64,000 bases of DNA from Felis catus (taxonomy: Eukaryota): contig NC_058370.1 of assembly GCF_018350175.1 (NCBI RefSeq), forward strand, positions 13,888,001 to 13,952,000, given 5' to 3'. The notes under the pieces were generated by a model, which saw only the letters and a program-made list of their open reading frames with translations, searched no databases and was not told where the DNA came from. Positions 39,061-53,896 of the stretch are shown here, one piece after another. A program made the position numbers and the translations under genes. Within the stretch, counting starts at the first letter, position 1. Each line of letters begins with the position of its first letter.

Positions 39061-40538
39061 GACAGAATGGAAGAGAATTTCCATTAAAATCTCCTCTTGT
39101 GGCACCCTTCAACATGTTGCCCTACCTTCTCCCACAGTCCTCTCTGTCTACCCTCTGGCCACATAGAGCTCTCCGTGTCCTGCTCCATTCTGTTCCTCTT
39201 GTTCTCTGCCAGAACACTGCCTTGATGACTTTCTCATGTCCTTCAGTGTCAGCCTGTCAGTTCTCTGAGCTGCCTTCCCTTGTGACCCAGAAGGTGCTGT
39301 TGTTAGGAGATCTCACAGGACCTGTGCTTCCCCATGGTAGCGTTTATCACACTTCCTGGATGGTGTTATTTTTATTCGTTTGAGTTCCTCACCAGGATGT
39401 AAGATCTTCTCTCTCTCTCTCTCTCTCTTTTTTTTTTAAGGATGTAAGATCTTTAAGAGCAGAAGCCCTGCCTTCTTCCTGTATAGTCCTAGTGTAGATG
39501 GTTAGCTCATGTGTAAGGGAAGATGTATGAGTGGGTGGATGGCTGTTAAAAGCACGTGTTTTACATTATTAGCTCAGGAGCAGGGCCAGACGTGTGGGGA
39601 GGGGAGAAAGAGGCAAAGGGGCACTTGGTTGAAAATCCGTGTAAAGATTATTAACTCAAATATATAGAAAGGCTAGGTAAGATCGTATAAACAAGTGGAT
39701 GAGATTAGGTGGCAAAAAATGGCACAAGCCAGGTTGGCCATTGGCCAGGCCGAGAGTAGAGACTAGAGAGTGGGCACTCCTTTCTGGTCTGAGGGGGTCA
39801 CCGCTGGACAGAGTTATCAGATCTTGTGAGTTTTTAAAGCAAGCCAGAAATCGAGGAGTGTGTGTGTGTAACATCCTTTTGTCAACGAGTTTATGTTTTC
39901 TGAAAACACCGTAATGTTTGAAGAAAGCACAGTTTGTTTGTTTGTTTGTTTGTTTTTTGCCATCCTGTCTTCTGGTTTAGCGAAGGTGAGGGATTTAGAG
40001 TTAGATCTGGGGCAGATTTTCAACTCATTAGCCAAGTAGTCCCGTGTAAACAACGACTCCTGAGCCTTGACATACTTATTAATGAAATGGGAACGTTCAT
40101 ACCTGCTTCCTGAGTTAATAAGAAAATGTATTTTGAGGCACGAGACGTAGCAGAGCTACTCATTTAATTATTTTCTCTCCTCTGTTGCCCTTCATGGGCT
40201 GGAGTCTGGAACAATGGGTGAATAAGGCTCCTTTCCACTAATTGGAGCCTTTTGAATATAAAAGCATCTTCCACATGTTCATCTGTGAACTGTAGGAATC
40301 CCACACAAATTGCTCAGTTTCAGAGGTAACATTGAGGCACCAAAGACTGGTCAGTGTTTCTGGGTAAAGTCACATAAGTTAAACTGATATTAGGAGCCAG
40401 AATCCTGTGTTTTAGCCTTTAAAAGCTTAATCCTGGGGGAAAGCAAGTTGAAAGGTTGTTAGGGGAAGTGTACTCCCAAAGCTTCGTGTTACAAACGTGT
40501 TTCCATTTGAATTAATCATTATTTTCTTATTCCCTTAG

Positions 40539-40594
40539 GAAATCACAAATTGACCCAGATAGCGAAAGTAGTCATCAAAATCTGTGAGCATGAG
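40539..40594 (+). CDS. ZMYND8: ZMYND8 coding exon (~exon 8), 56 nt, phase 1-0: (G)NHKLTQIAKVVIKICEHE (last bromodomain helix)
   Basis: Acceptor ttttcttattcccttag|GA, donor GAG|gtatgt; phase matches both neighbours. Confidence 0.95.
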
Positions 40595-41274
40595 GTATGT
40601 GTTTCTCACTGTCCTGTTTTAAACGCACCCAGAGTGAGGGGCTGGCGTGGCTGATTTCCATTTGCAGAATCTCTTAGTGGGTAACGGTCGCTATTTTGGA
40701 ATTTGTTGAGGCATAGACGGTGTCCCCGTAAAAGTGACAAAGAGGGGATCACCCCCACCCCATATGCCGGAAATCAGTGCTATCTTAGCCATGATCTTCA
40801 AGAGGTGCAAATGACCTTTTATTATTCAGGGTTGCGTCATGGTCAGGAACGAGGTATCTTGAGTTGTTTTCTTGGTTGCATAGATGGGGTTCTTAATTTC
40901 TTCACCCCATAGTCTGAGGCGTTGGGCCAGGCCCCTTTTAGGCTTCTTGTGGAAGATGTTTGGGTTTCAATGGAATTTGGGGGAAAGGTTTTGACTGTTT
41001 CTCAAGGAGTGGCCTGCAGAGTCCTAGAAGTCAGTTCCTCTTAGAAATACCCATGGTTTTGATGGTGTGGAAGAAGTGAACCTCCTGGGCCTACCCTGAG
41101 GCCCCAGTGGTTGTGGGATAGTCAGGGAGCAGAATTTACTAGACCCCAGTGTAAGAGTTGAGAAACTGAGCTATAGCGGATTTCAGCCTCTTGTGCACTT
41201 CACTCATTCATTCATTTGTAAGGGAAACATTTGGATACCTTAGGATACTGCCATTTTTGCATATCTTCATTAAA

Positions 41275-41532
41275 TTTTTAAATGTTTATTTAATTTTGAG
41301 AGATAGAGACAAAGCACGAGTTGGGGAGGGGCAGAGAGAGAAAGAAAGGGAGACACAGAATCTGAGGCAGGCTCCAGGCTCTAGGCTCTGAGCTGTCGGC
41401 ACAGAGCCTGATGTGGGGCTTGAACCCACAGGCTGTGAGATCATGACCCAAGCCGAACGAAGTTGTACACTTAACCAACTGAGCCACCCAGGTGCCCCTT
41501 ACTTATTGAATTTTTTTAAAATGTATTTTTGG

Positions 41533-41579
<47 letters not shown>

Positions 41580-42042
41580 CACGCAAGCATGAATGGGGGA
41601 GGGGCAGAGAAAGAGGGAGACACAGAATTTGTTCCAGGCTCTGAGCTGTGAACACAGAGCCCGATGTGGGGCTTGAAGTAATGGACAGTGAAGTTATAAC
41701 CTGAGTTGAAGTCGAGGCTTGACCAGCTGAACCACCCAGGCACCCTTCTACATATATATATTTTTGTTATTTAAAAAAAAAAAATTTTTTTTTAATGTTG
41801 ATTTTTTTTTTTAATTTTTTTTTCAACATTTATTTATTTTTGGGACAGAGAGAGACAGAGCATGAACGGGGGAGGGGCAGAGAGAGAGGGAGACACAGAA
41901 TCGGAAACAGGCTCCAGGCTCCAAGCCATCAGCCCAGAGCCTGACACGGGGCTCGAACTCACGGACCACGAGATCTTGACCTGGCCGAAGTCGGACGCTT
42001 AACCGACTGCACCACCCAGGCGCCCCGATGTTGATTTATTTT

Positions 42043-42078
<36 letters not shown>

Positions 42079-43240
42079 CACATATGGGGAGGGGCAGAGA
42101 GAGAAGGAGACAGAATCCAAAGCAAGCTCCAGGCTCTGAACTGTCAGCACAGAGCCTGATGTGGGGCTCGAACTCACGAACTGCGTGATCATGCCCTGAG
42201 CTGAAGTTGGACGCTTAACCAACTGAACCACTCAGGTGCCCTACATATTTTTTTTAATTAGAAAAAAATTTACTTATTTTGAGGGAGAGAGTGATTGTTC
42301 ACGGAAGGGGCAGAGAGAGAGGGAGGTAGAGAATCCCAAGCGGGCTCCATACCATCACGGTGCAGAACCAGATGTGCGGCTTGAACTCACGAACCACCAG
42401 GTCATGATCTGAGCCGAAATCAAGAGTCGGTTGTCTAACCGGCTGAGCCATCCAGGCGCCCCTTTTTCTAAATGTTTTTGTAGAGAGAGTTTTATAATCA
42501 ATATTTTCACTTAAGAGTGTTTTCCCGGATAGTTAAATACACAGGAAGAACAGAATTTTTCATGGCTTTTACGATGATTTTCTTAGTATAATTGTTAGGA
42601 AGGCATCTACGAGGTCTGAGACTATACACATAGCAAAGGCTTTATGTAGGTATTTCCTGATTGATTTCTAGAAAAGTTGTAGCAACATGTATAACAACCT
42701 GGGTAGTTTTTCTGTGTCCTTTCCAGTTTTGGAAGTTATAATTCAAAAAACACGTGTATCTATGTTTTCCCTACAAGATGGCATCTCACTGTGATTTTGG
42801 TTTGCATCGTTGTTTTTTTTTTTTTTTTTTACATGTTTATTTATTTTTGATAGAGACAGAGCACAAGTGGGGGAGGGGCAGTGAGAGAAGGAGACACAGA
42901 ATCTGAAGCGGGCTCCAGGCTCCAAGCTGTCAGCATAGAGCCCGACGTGGGGCTTGAACTCACAAACCGTGAGATCATGACCTGAACTGAAGTCGGACAC
43001 TTAACCGACTGAGCCACCCAGGCGCCCCCCCCCCTTTTTTTAATAAAGATTTTATTTATTTTTGAGAGATAGTGTGAATAGAGGAGGGGCCGAAAGAGTG
43101 GGAGACACAGAATCTGAAGCAGGCTCTGAGCTCTAACCTGTCAACACAGAGCCTGACACAGGGCTTGAACCCACAAACTGCGAGATCATGACCTGAGCCG
43201 AAGTCAGACACTTAACTGATTGAGCCACCCAGGTGCCCTT
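41275..43240 (-). mobile_element. Dense cluster of seven antisense carnivore SINEs, some nested
   Basis: Heads end at ~41498, 41745, 42027, 42241, 42462, 43027 and 43238; atgttgattt duplicated at ~41795 and ~42028. Confidence 0.9.
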
Positions 43241-43759
43241 GGTTTGCACGTTTCTGATGACAAGTGATGACGCACTGTTTCTGATCAGCTGCTTTCCCCT
43301 TGGGGATTCCTTTGTTTTCCTGGATTTGGGAGCTAAAGCCTACGTGTTTAATCAGTGGGTTACCCCCAGGTGGAATTTACTGGACGCAGGTACTCTGTGT
43401 GTGGCATTTCTAAATCTACCCGTTGGCGATACATTGCAGCTGCGTGGGCTTCAATGCCAGGGCTGCCCTGGACCTTATGTTACCACTTTGTTCTCGCCAG
43501 TACCTTCAGAATAGCCCATAAGTAGAGTGAGTAGGAACAGGAAATATATGCCACCACTTTCTTACCTATTTATTCTTTTGCTCCTTTATTCAATCATTTA
43601 TCCATTGACCTTTGAGTTAGTCAATTATATGTATAAAATTATTATTTAGTAGTATATTGAGCACCTGCTGAGTATCTGACACCTTACATGATGCAGAGAT
43701 AAAGAGAAAAACAAGTCTTTTGATGATGGTAAGAGAATAGGAACAAACAGGGCAATGAC

Positions 43760-44180
43760 AGGTGAAACACGTCAGCTCTGGAGCACGTCTGCCTGGGTTC
43801 AAATCCTGGTCCTGCCCCTTTGCTGCAGAGAACCTTGAGCAGGTTTCTTGACTTTCTGGGATTTCATTTTTTCCATCTGTAATATGGGGGAAAGAGCAGG
43901 CCTGCCTCTAGAGGATGTAAAGAATGAATGAATTAGTACCTGTAGAACACTTTGATGATCCCAGCGTATATCTCTGATAAATGTTAACCAATGTATTGAT
44001 CACTGTGTCACCTAACACGTTTTCCATTTATCTCCTATAATTGTTATCTATTTGGTAGGTATTGCTCACATGCCCATTCTGTAGATGAGAAAATGGAGGC
44101 ACAGACAAGATAAGCAACTGTTCCTAAGGTTATAGAGCTAGTAAATGGTGGAGGCTGAATTGAGATCCAAGAAAGGGGCT
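43760..44180. mobile_element. Two MIR elements in opposite orientation
   Basis: gcctgggttcaaatcctgg...catctgtaatatgggg and cccattctgtagatgagaaaatggaggcacaga. Confidence 0.7.
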
Positions 44181-44436
44181 TGTGGGTTCTAAGTTGTACT
44201 TAGGTCCCCTAGAGGAATGTATTTTTTCAAAGAGAAGGACGGTCGGTAAATTACATAATTTTTAGATTGTGGTCCATTTAGACAAAATACCACCTGCCCT
44301 GGATGATGTGACTAGAGCTGGGTGGGAATTGAGCACAGCGAGCAAAAGCCGGGGTAGCTGGAGTTGTTGGGGAAGCTCAGACAGGTCGGCCTAGGCCTGG
44401 TCGCACTCGGTGTTGAAGGAGCTGATCTGGAGTTTA

Positions 44437-44665
44437 TTATTATTTTTTTTTAATTTTTTTTTCAACGTTTATTTATTTTTGGGACAGAGAGAGACAGAGC
44501 ATGAACGGGGGAGGGGCAGAGAGAGAGGGAGACACAGCATCGGAAGCAGGCTCCAGGCTCTGAGCCATCAGCCCAGAGCCCGACGCGGGGCTCGAACTCA
44601 CGGACCGCGAGATCGTGACCTGGCTGAAGTCGGACACTTAACCGACTGCGCCACCCAGGCGCCCC
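44437..44665 (-). mobile_element. Young antisense SINEC_Fc with 15-bp TSD
   Basis: ctgatctggagttta at ~44422 and ~44665. Confidence 0.95.
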
Positions 44666-45080
44666 TGATCTGGAGTTTAGATTTATTTCCTTGTTAGTTT
44701 CTCAGCCTTGTGCTACTGGCATTTACTCTGGAGAATTCTTTGTTCCGGGGACCGTCCTGTACCTCCTAGATTCCATTTGCAACAGCCAGCCGTCAGATGT
44801 ACAAGGTGTGGACGATGAGCAAGATGGGTCTGGCCGCTGTGTCTTGGGGGCTGGACCGCAGGGCCAACAAGAGTGGGAAGCTGGTCCAGATGTGGTCCAG
44901 AGAGGGGTGGTGGCGGCGGCTCGGGCTGGGTGGGGTCTCGGGGGTTGGTGAGAGGTGATTGGATTCTTCTCCGAGGTGTTCCCCACTGAGGGACTTGGTG
45001 TAGCTAATCTTAACTGCTAATGCCCTGACGCGTTCCTTGAGTGTCTCCAGATGTGAGGCCCCTTGCGTGACACATCCTAA

Positions 45081-45230
<150 letters not shown>

Positions 45231-45941
45231 TGACTACCCAAGGCCCCCTTTTCTGGGTGGCTTATTTGATGAAACTTTGGGAGAAGATTTTAAATAACTT
45301 TTTTTTTTTTTTTTTTTTTTTTTTTACCAATAAAGTAATGGCAGAGTGAAAGTAATCCAGGTGGAATAAACATCTGGGGCTGAAAATCCATGTGCCAGAG
45401 GGAGCACTGTGATTTCCTGGGTTTATTAACCCAGCGGGCAGACTGAGAAGGCAGTGAGGTAGTGAGAGTCATAAAGAAGTGCGTTCTTTGACGAACCTGT
45501 TTTGAGAGAATTGGAAGTACATTTCTGGATCGGGTCTGTGGTGTTTCCCAAGTGGGCGGTTTGGGCTGGGGAGATGGGAAGAGATAAATCACCCTGTTTT
45601 CTTCATCCATCTGTATTTTCCAAACCAGTGTTCTGCAGAGAGAAGGGTGTTCCCGGGGTGGGCTGGTGGGTGAGTGGAGGTAGGGCTGGAGTTTACTGGG
45701 GGGCGAGATGGGGCAAGTAACGTGGAAAAGTGAACCACAGGTTACGTCTCTTCCTGCCTTTGGAGATGAAGCCCCTGAAGAGTTGCAGCCCTCGAGAGAG
45801 AACGAAGGCGGCTCATACTGCCCTTATTAAATGCTGGATACAATGCCCATTTAATCCTCCAGCTTAACAGAGGGTGTAAGCATCGCTGTCCCCATGTCGC
45901 AGGGAGAGGTGGACACTCTTGCTCACGGCCACCTAGGTTAA

Positions 45942-46355
<414 letters not shown>

Positions 46356-47049
46356 TAACTGAACCTTCGATAACTGTGACGCAAGCAGGGGGCGGAGGTA
46401 TTATCGTGGCGTTTATTGTCGCGACACCAACCAGTGATCTTGTAGTTAAAAATACTGCCCTGTGCTGCGTTCCGGCTGATAATGTGTGTGGGCTTCGTGT
46501 TTTTCAGGTATGTGAAGAGAACAATCATGCTTTCGTAGTTGCGTTGATGAAGCTGGCACCAGAATAGGTTCCGTGGCTATTTTAAGTGGTGCTGTTCTTT
46601 TTAAATTTTGTGGAGTAAATTGAACCACCGCACAAATTGCTTTTCAAAATAATGCTTTCAGGGATCAGAAGTATTTCCACAGATTGCCAGTAAATGAATC
46701 TCTTATCATTGTGCTGGGTGGTTCTCTCTCCTGTTGCCTTTTTCTCTTAAGCCAAATAGGAAATTATAAGAGGTGGCTGTTTTAACAGGTGGTAGCCCTC
46801 CCCTCCCACCCAGCGTTTTCTGCCCTCCCCTCTCCCTCGCTCGCAGGGAAGTGAATTGTTCTAGCTCTTAGCAGTTTCCTATCCTATGGGCTTGAGAACA
46901 GCAGGTGGACCCAGATGAGCAGCAGTTAATATCCTAGTTCTCTTTTAGCAAGTTATGTGAGGATTAAATGAGGCAAAACCCTTTCCAAGAGGCTACCAAG
47001 CAGTTTGAAAAAGTGTTTGAGTGTGTTGGGGGAGAAGACTTAAAATTCT

Positions 47050-47652
47050 GGGGGCGCCTGGGTGGCTCAGTCGTTCAAGCGTCTGACTCTTGATTTCAGC
47101 TCAGGTCATGATCTCATAGTTCGTGAGTTCGAGTCTTGCATTGGCTCTGTGCGGCCAGTATAGAGCCTGCTTGTGATCTCTGTCTCCCTCTCTTTTTTTT
47201 TTTTAATTTTTTTTTTGGTAACGTTTATTTATTTTTGAGACAGAGAGAGACAGAGCAAGAACGGGGGAGGGTCAGAGAGAGGGAGACACAGAATCCGAAA
47301 CAGGCTCCAGGCTCTGAGCTGTCAGCACAGAGCTCGATGCGGGGCTCGAACTCACGGACTGCGAGATCATGACCTGAGCCGAAGTCGGCCACTTAACTGA
47401 CTGAGCCACCCAGGCGCCCCATCTGTCTCCCTCTCTTTGCCCCTCCCCAGCTCGCGGTCTCTCTCTACGTTTATTTATTTTTTTGGGGACAGAGAGAGAC
47501 AGAGCATGAACGGGGAAGGGGCAGAGAGAGAGGGAGACACAGAATCGGAAACAGGCTCCAGGCTCTGAGCCATCAGCCCAGAGCCTGACGCGGGGCTCGA
47601 ACTCACGGACCGCGACGCGGTCTCTCTCTAAATAAATAAATAAACTTAAAAA
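47050..47652. mobile_element. Sense SINE interrupted by two antisense SINE insertions
   Basis: Host pieces at 47050-47192, 47421-47467 and 47616-47652; TSDs tctgtctccctctcttt and cgcggtctctctcta. Confidence 0.9.
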
Positions 47653-49094
47653 TTATACACACTGATAGAATATACAGAAAGCACAGTTTATAATTTCAAA
47701 CACCCGAGTCAGAGCTGTTACTCTGTTCACTTTGCTTGTTGCCTTGCAAATAAAGACAGAAGAGTGATTGGTAATCTGTGAAATCATTTACTAGGAATCC
47801 TTCGTCTGGAGGCAAAGTGGAAATTAGCTGGGATGGTCCTGGGTTTGATAGGAAGTCTTTTGCTCTATTTGATTTTGGGCACTTTGCTGGAAATCTTTTG
47901 GTGCTGCCGTGGGTCAGGCCACGTGCTGGATGCTGGGAATATGGGAGTGAGCAGGACATCGTCCCTGCCCACCTGAAGGCTGGCATCCTAGTGGGAAAGA
48001 CACCCAAGTAAATACCCAAGTAAACACACAGGCAAGGTGATCTCAGGGCGGGGGCTTAGAGAAGATCTGGGTGGAGGGACAGAGCCAGCCTGCTGTTTCT
48101 TGGGGAGAGCTGGGACACAGTGTGGTTTGGACAGGGGGGAGGAGAGGATGGTAAGTGATGGGTGGGGAAGGGGGCAGGGTCTGGCTCACACGGGCTGTGG
48201 TCAGATTCTGCCTCTGCTTTGAAGGGCAAGAAGAATTCGTGTCAGGCTGTACATCACTGTAACATGGCAAGAGTTAACCACCTTGATGCTTCGGGATTAT
48301 TCTCGTTCTGTCATATAACCCAGTGTGGATATACTGGGGATATAGGTGGGTGGGGGAGATCCGTGCCTGCCGCCATGTACCGGATACATCCCAGACTCTT
48401 AAGAGTCTTGGATTCTGTTCTTAAGCTGAGCCCACTCTGCATGGACATCTTACTCCTGCCTGTCAGTTCTGGACGGTCTTGGGGGGCATGAGCTCTGCCA
48501 GCCCTGTTCCAGAGGCCATTTCCCCAGAACTGGACGGTGTAGGTTGGTTCTGGGTGGGAGCTGTCGTGGAAGCTGGGCCCCTGCATTGGTGAAAAAAGCC
48601 AGCGGCCCATGTCTGATGCCCATGACGTTTGTCTAACCCCCTGTGTCTTTTGTTCCCTCAGAGGGAATGTGCCCAGCTGTTGGCTCGTTTTGGGTGAGGG
48701 GAGCCCCTTACGGGGAGCGATTAAGGGCACTCCATGGGGATGGGTTAGGGGGTGCAGGAATGAAGTCACTGAGAGCTTGGGGGAAACCTGAGAGGAGGAG
48801 CGTCCCTTCCTCCCAGGAGATGTTCTTAAAGCAGAACTGGCCACACCCAGCAGCCCAGCACGGAGGCGAAAGAGAATGGATAGGCTCTTTCTCCGGGAGC
48901 AGCTTTGGGGCTGTGGAGCAAAACAGCAAGCAAAGTAGGTCAGGAGAACAGAGTAAGAAATGTCACAGCCCGTCACGTGTTCATCGTTAAGTTAATAAGT
49001 ACTGGAGCAGGTCCCGGGAGGCTTTTGTACAGATCAAGGCATGTTCGGAATAGTCTCCTAGCGTGCTTTTTTGTCCCTTAAGAATGTTTGCCTT

Positions 49095-49174
49095 CTTGGG
49101 ATTTGATTTCACAGACACACACACACACACAGACACACACACACACACACACACACTCTCTCTCTCTCTCTCTC
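49095..49174. repeat. Compound (CA)n(CT)n microsatellite
   Basis: Seen directly. Confidence 0.9.
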
Positions 49175-50859
49175 ACATTCACGATACTGTACAAAAATCC
49201 AGGAGATCTCTTCTTAAACGCACAAGAGCGAGCTGGCATGAATTGAGTGCCTTCTATGCACCAGGCACTGTTTCAAGTTCTTTTTGCAGCTGCGGATTTA
49301 TTCCCATTTGACTGAGAAGAAACCTTGAGGCCCCAAGTAGGGTGTAGCTCAGCCCCGTGACTCTGTGGCCTCTCAGGACATTGACCCCAGAGGCTTTCTT
49401 TTGTTAAGCAGATCAAGCTTCCCTTCAACTGTGTCCTGGGCCTGCTTTAAGGAAAAGAAACCAGGTCCTGAAATCACTGGCAGGTACCTTCATTGAAGGT
49501 GCGTGAGACCCTGGCAGGAGACAGTTAAGGCCCTGACCCCAGATGGAAGGGGGGGGGAGGGGACACAGTGACAGTGGCCCTCGGCCAGCTGGCTGGCGAT
49601 ATCCTGGTGCTGCGGGGACTGGTCTAGGTGCGTTTCATTTGCTCCCCTTGACCCCGTCCCGGGAAGGGCTCAGCCTCCATTTTATCGATGACAGAGCAGA
49701 GGCCGGCTCAGGGAAAGGGAAGTCATTTGTCCAGGAGCGGCGGGGGGGACCCCGGCTGTTCCTCAGAGCTGTCCTGTCTCGTCCAGACTCCTGCTCCCCC
49801 AGTTGTAACGGCCGCGGACTCTCACCCAGAGGGCATCTGTCTCCTGCCCTATCTCGTTCTTGCGGTTCCTCAGGTCTCTGCAGCTAGTTGGGGTGATGAG
49901 AAGCTGGTAATTTACCGCACGCTGAGAGAGCAGTTAGATATTTTGGGGGTGTTTGGTTTTAGTTTGTGTCACGGCCTAGTTATCACCATGAGTTGCAAAC
50001 CTCCATCCTCTGCCCTGAATTTCACCCCACGCACACGCTTTTATTTCTCTGGGCCGTTTTCTCTTCAAAATAGGAACGAGATTCCAGCTGTTAGAACGTG
50101 GGTAGAATGTAATCTAAGTAGTCCATATTTTTTGCTTCTCTTTCAAATGCTGGAAGACTCGGCGGTGTGGGGGTCAGATTCCAGCACGGGCACTTGTGAC
50201 GCTCCCGTGTAGACGGTGCTTGCGTTGGACTGGTTGTGGCATTTCTACCTCCCCACAGCCCACTTTGCTCCCATCACTTTGTGTCTGGCTTGACTTTATG
50301 GTCTTTGAAATCCAAAAGGCCTCCTTGGGAATGTTCATTCCCGCTGGATTCCCAGCTATACGTACGGGATGGAGGCTGGGGAATCGAATGTCACATGGTC
50401 TGCCTCCTGTCCAAACCCCGGAGCAGTGGTCGGCTCTACTGCCCTCTCCTGCCTGCGTCCGCTCGGCCACCAATCCCAGAAAAGCAGCTCATGGCCTCGT
50501 GAGGTCTCCGCAGAGCATGCTGGGATGTGGGCGGTTGGAGGCAGGCAGGCAGAACCAGCCGAGAATGGGGGGTGGAGGCTGTCCTTTGGTTAGTTTCCAC
50601 ATGAATTCTCTCACATCGAAGCCAGGCACCTCCTTTCAGGTTTACGGTTTTCCGGTGTTTCCTTCTAGTGCCTCGTAGAACCCCAGTTTTACGAGAGATG
50701 CGAAAACTGTGTGTGAAGGCAGAGGAGTGGGCTTCGGGACCAGTTCTTTTTTTGGAGGTGCAGTCCTGGCAGCAGTGATGGTTCCTTACTCTCTACTCAC
50801 CCAGAGCCAAGAGGGGATTTATTATTCTTCTAATGGATTAAAATGACTAAGTCTGTGAG

Positions 50860-51872
50860 CTTTTTTTTTTTTTTTTCCCAACGTTTATTTATTTTTGGGA
50901 CAGAGAGAGACAGAGCATGAACGGGGGAGGGGCAGAGAGAGAGGGAGACACAGAATCGAAAATAGGCTCCAGGCTCTGAGCCGTCAGCCCAGAGCCCGAC
51001 GCGGGGCTCGAACTCACGGACCGCGAGATCGTGTCCTGGCTGAAGTCGGACGCTTTAACCGACTGCGCCACCCAGGCACCCCTGTCTATGAGCTTTTTAA
51101 TGTTTTAGTGAAGATCGCTGTTCACATTCTGTCATGAGAACATGTCTATTAAGTGTTAACGGCTAATCATGTGTTAACCATTCAAACCAAGTCATTTAAA
51201 ACATTTTTTGGCGGGGGGCACCTGGGTGGCTCAGTTGGTTCAGCCTCTGACTCTTCATTTCAGCTTAGGTCATGATCTCACGGTTCATACGTTGGAGCTC
51301 TGCATTGGGCTCCGTGCTGACATTGTGGGGCCTGCTTGGGATTCTGCCTCTGCCTCTCTCTTTGCCTCTCCCTCCTCTGCTTGTGCTCTTTCTTTCTGTC
51401 TCAAAAGAGAGAAATTAAAAAAAAAAAATTCTGTTTTGAGAGAGAACAAGTGAATGAGCGGGGGAGGGGCAAAGGGAGAGGGGGAGAGAGAATCATAAGC
51501 AGGCTCCACAGTCAGCATGGACCTCAACATGGGGCTCGATCCCATGACCTTGGGATCATGACCTGAGTTGAAATCAAGAGTCAGATGCTCAACCGATTGA
51601 GCCACCCAGGAGCCCCCAAACCAAGTCTTATGTATGTATGTATGTATGTATGTTTGAAAGAGAGAGACAGAGACAGACAGACAGACACACACACACAGAG
51701 CGTGAGCAGGGCAGGGGCAGAGAGAGAAAGAGGGAGACACACAATCCAGAGCAGGCTCCAGGCTCTGAACTGTCGGCACAGAGCCCAAAGCAGGGCCCAA
51801 ACCCACAAAGTACGAGATCATGACCTGAGCCCAAGTCGGACACTTAACTGACTCAGCCCCCCAAGTGCCCCC
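50860..51872. mobile_element. Four SINEs: antisense (50860-51082), sense (51213-51428), antisense (51430-51617), antisense (51630-51872, with a (TATG)n tail)
   Basis: SINEC consensus. Confidence 0.9.
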
Positions 51873-51954
51873 AAGTCATTTTTAAAGAATGGAGTATGGA
51901 GTTAAGAAGGTCGACAGACATACCAGGCTAATTTGGTTGCGTTAAGGAAAAAAA

Positions 51955-52300
51955 TCCTGGAAACACCCTAAATGTCCATCGACAGATGAACAGATAAAGA
52001 AATCGCGGTAGATAGATCTCATGGGATAGTATTCGGCCTTAAAAAAGATGGGACAACATAGCTGAACCTGGAGGACACGACGCTAAGGGAGAGCAGCCAG
52101 GCACAGTAAGACAAAATGACTGCGTGAATTCCGCTCAGAGGAGGTATTTAATAAAATAGTCAAATTTGTAGAATCAGTGTAGAATGGGGATAGACTCATC
52201 GGGCATAAAATTATCGTTACGATGAATAAAGCCGTGCCTACGTTAACAATAGGGCGTGTGGTTCTCTTAAACTTACCGCAAGAAAACCAATTTTTAAAAA
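51955..52300 (+). mobile_element. Old L1 3' fragment, sense, ending just upstream of the exon-11 acceptor
   Basis: cctaaatgtccatcgacagatgaacagataaagaaa...tattcggccttaaaaaaga...gaacctggaggacac. Confidence 0.75.
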
Positions 52301-52321
52301 ACCTCAAAAAAAAATAAATAA

Positions 52322-53041
<720 letters not shown>

Positions 53042-53819
53042 TGACCCAGAGGGATTTTTGCTGTTAGGAATCAAGAACGGAGAAAATCGGTCCCCAAAGG
53101 CCAGATGGAGGTCCTTCCTCGCAGTGGGGCAGAGGTGGCCAGAAATCCTTGAGAGTTGAGAGCAGACGCCTCTTGGGCTATCACAGCAAAACTTCCCCTA
53201 AGAGTTTGTTTCTCAGGAATGCTACTTCAATCGAAAGACTATTTTTCTATCCAAACCATACCTTCACGATACTTAGCGCTCCAGTGTGAGAGCGACAGGT
53301 AAGGTCGGCAATAAGGTGTGCTCTCCCCAGAGCGCTCCTTACAGGTTGGTTGCCCTGATTGACACTTGCTGTAGAATGGCGAGTGGTTCAGAATGAGGCT
53401 GCCGGTCTCAAATCCCAACTCTCCCACTCACTAGCCGCGTGGCTCTAGGTCAGATACTTAATGTCTTGGTGCTTGAGTTTCCTCATCTGTGATGTGACGT
53501 AATAACAGACCTGACCCATAGGTTCTTGTTAAGGCTTAAATGAAGACGTGTCCACAGAGGGTCGGAACAGTGCCAGAAAAAGTAAGCGTTGCAAAGATGT
53601 TGGCTGCTACGTTATTTCTTACGGTGGTTGCTCAGCAAATGCCTATACGGATTCAGATTCAGATTCGGATTGGGAGAGCTGATGCGAGGGGGCGCTGGTC
53701 CAGTGTGAGGAAAGGAATGGTGACTTAAATTGAATTCTTTGTACCCAAATATTATTTGGCTGTCTGTTAAATACTTAAGAGATCTATTACTTCCACAAGG
53801 AAATGGGTTTACTCTCATT

Positions 53820-53850
53820 TTTCTTTTTTTTATGTTTATTTTTGAGACAC

Positions 53851-53896
<46 letters not shown>

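Noticed and set aside
48311-48976. 221-aa minus-strand ORF
   Set aside because: No recognisable domain, low-information composition, GC-rich intron; consistent with chance.
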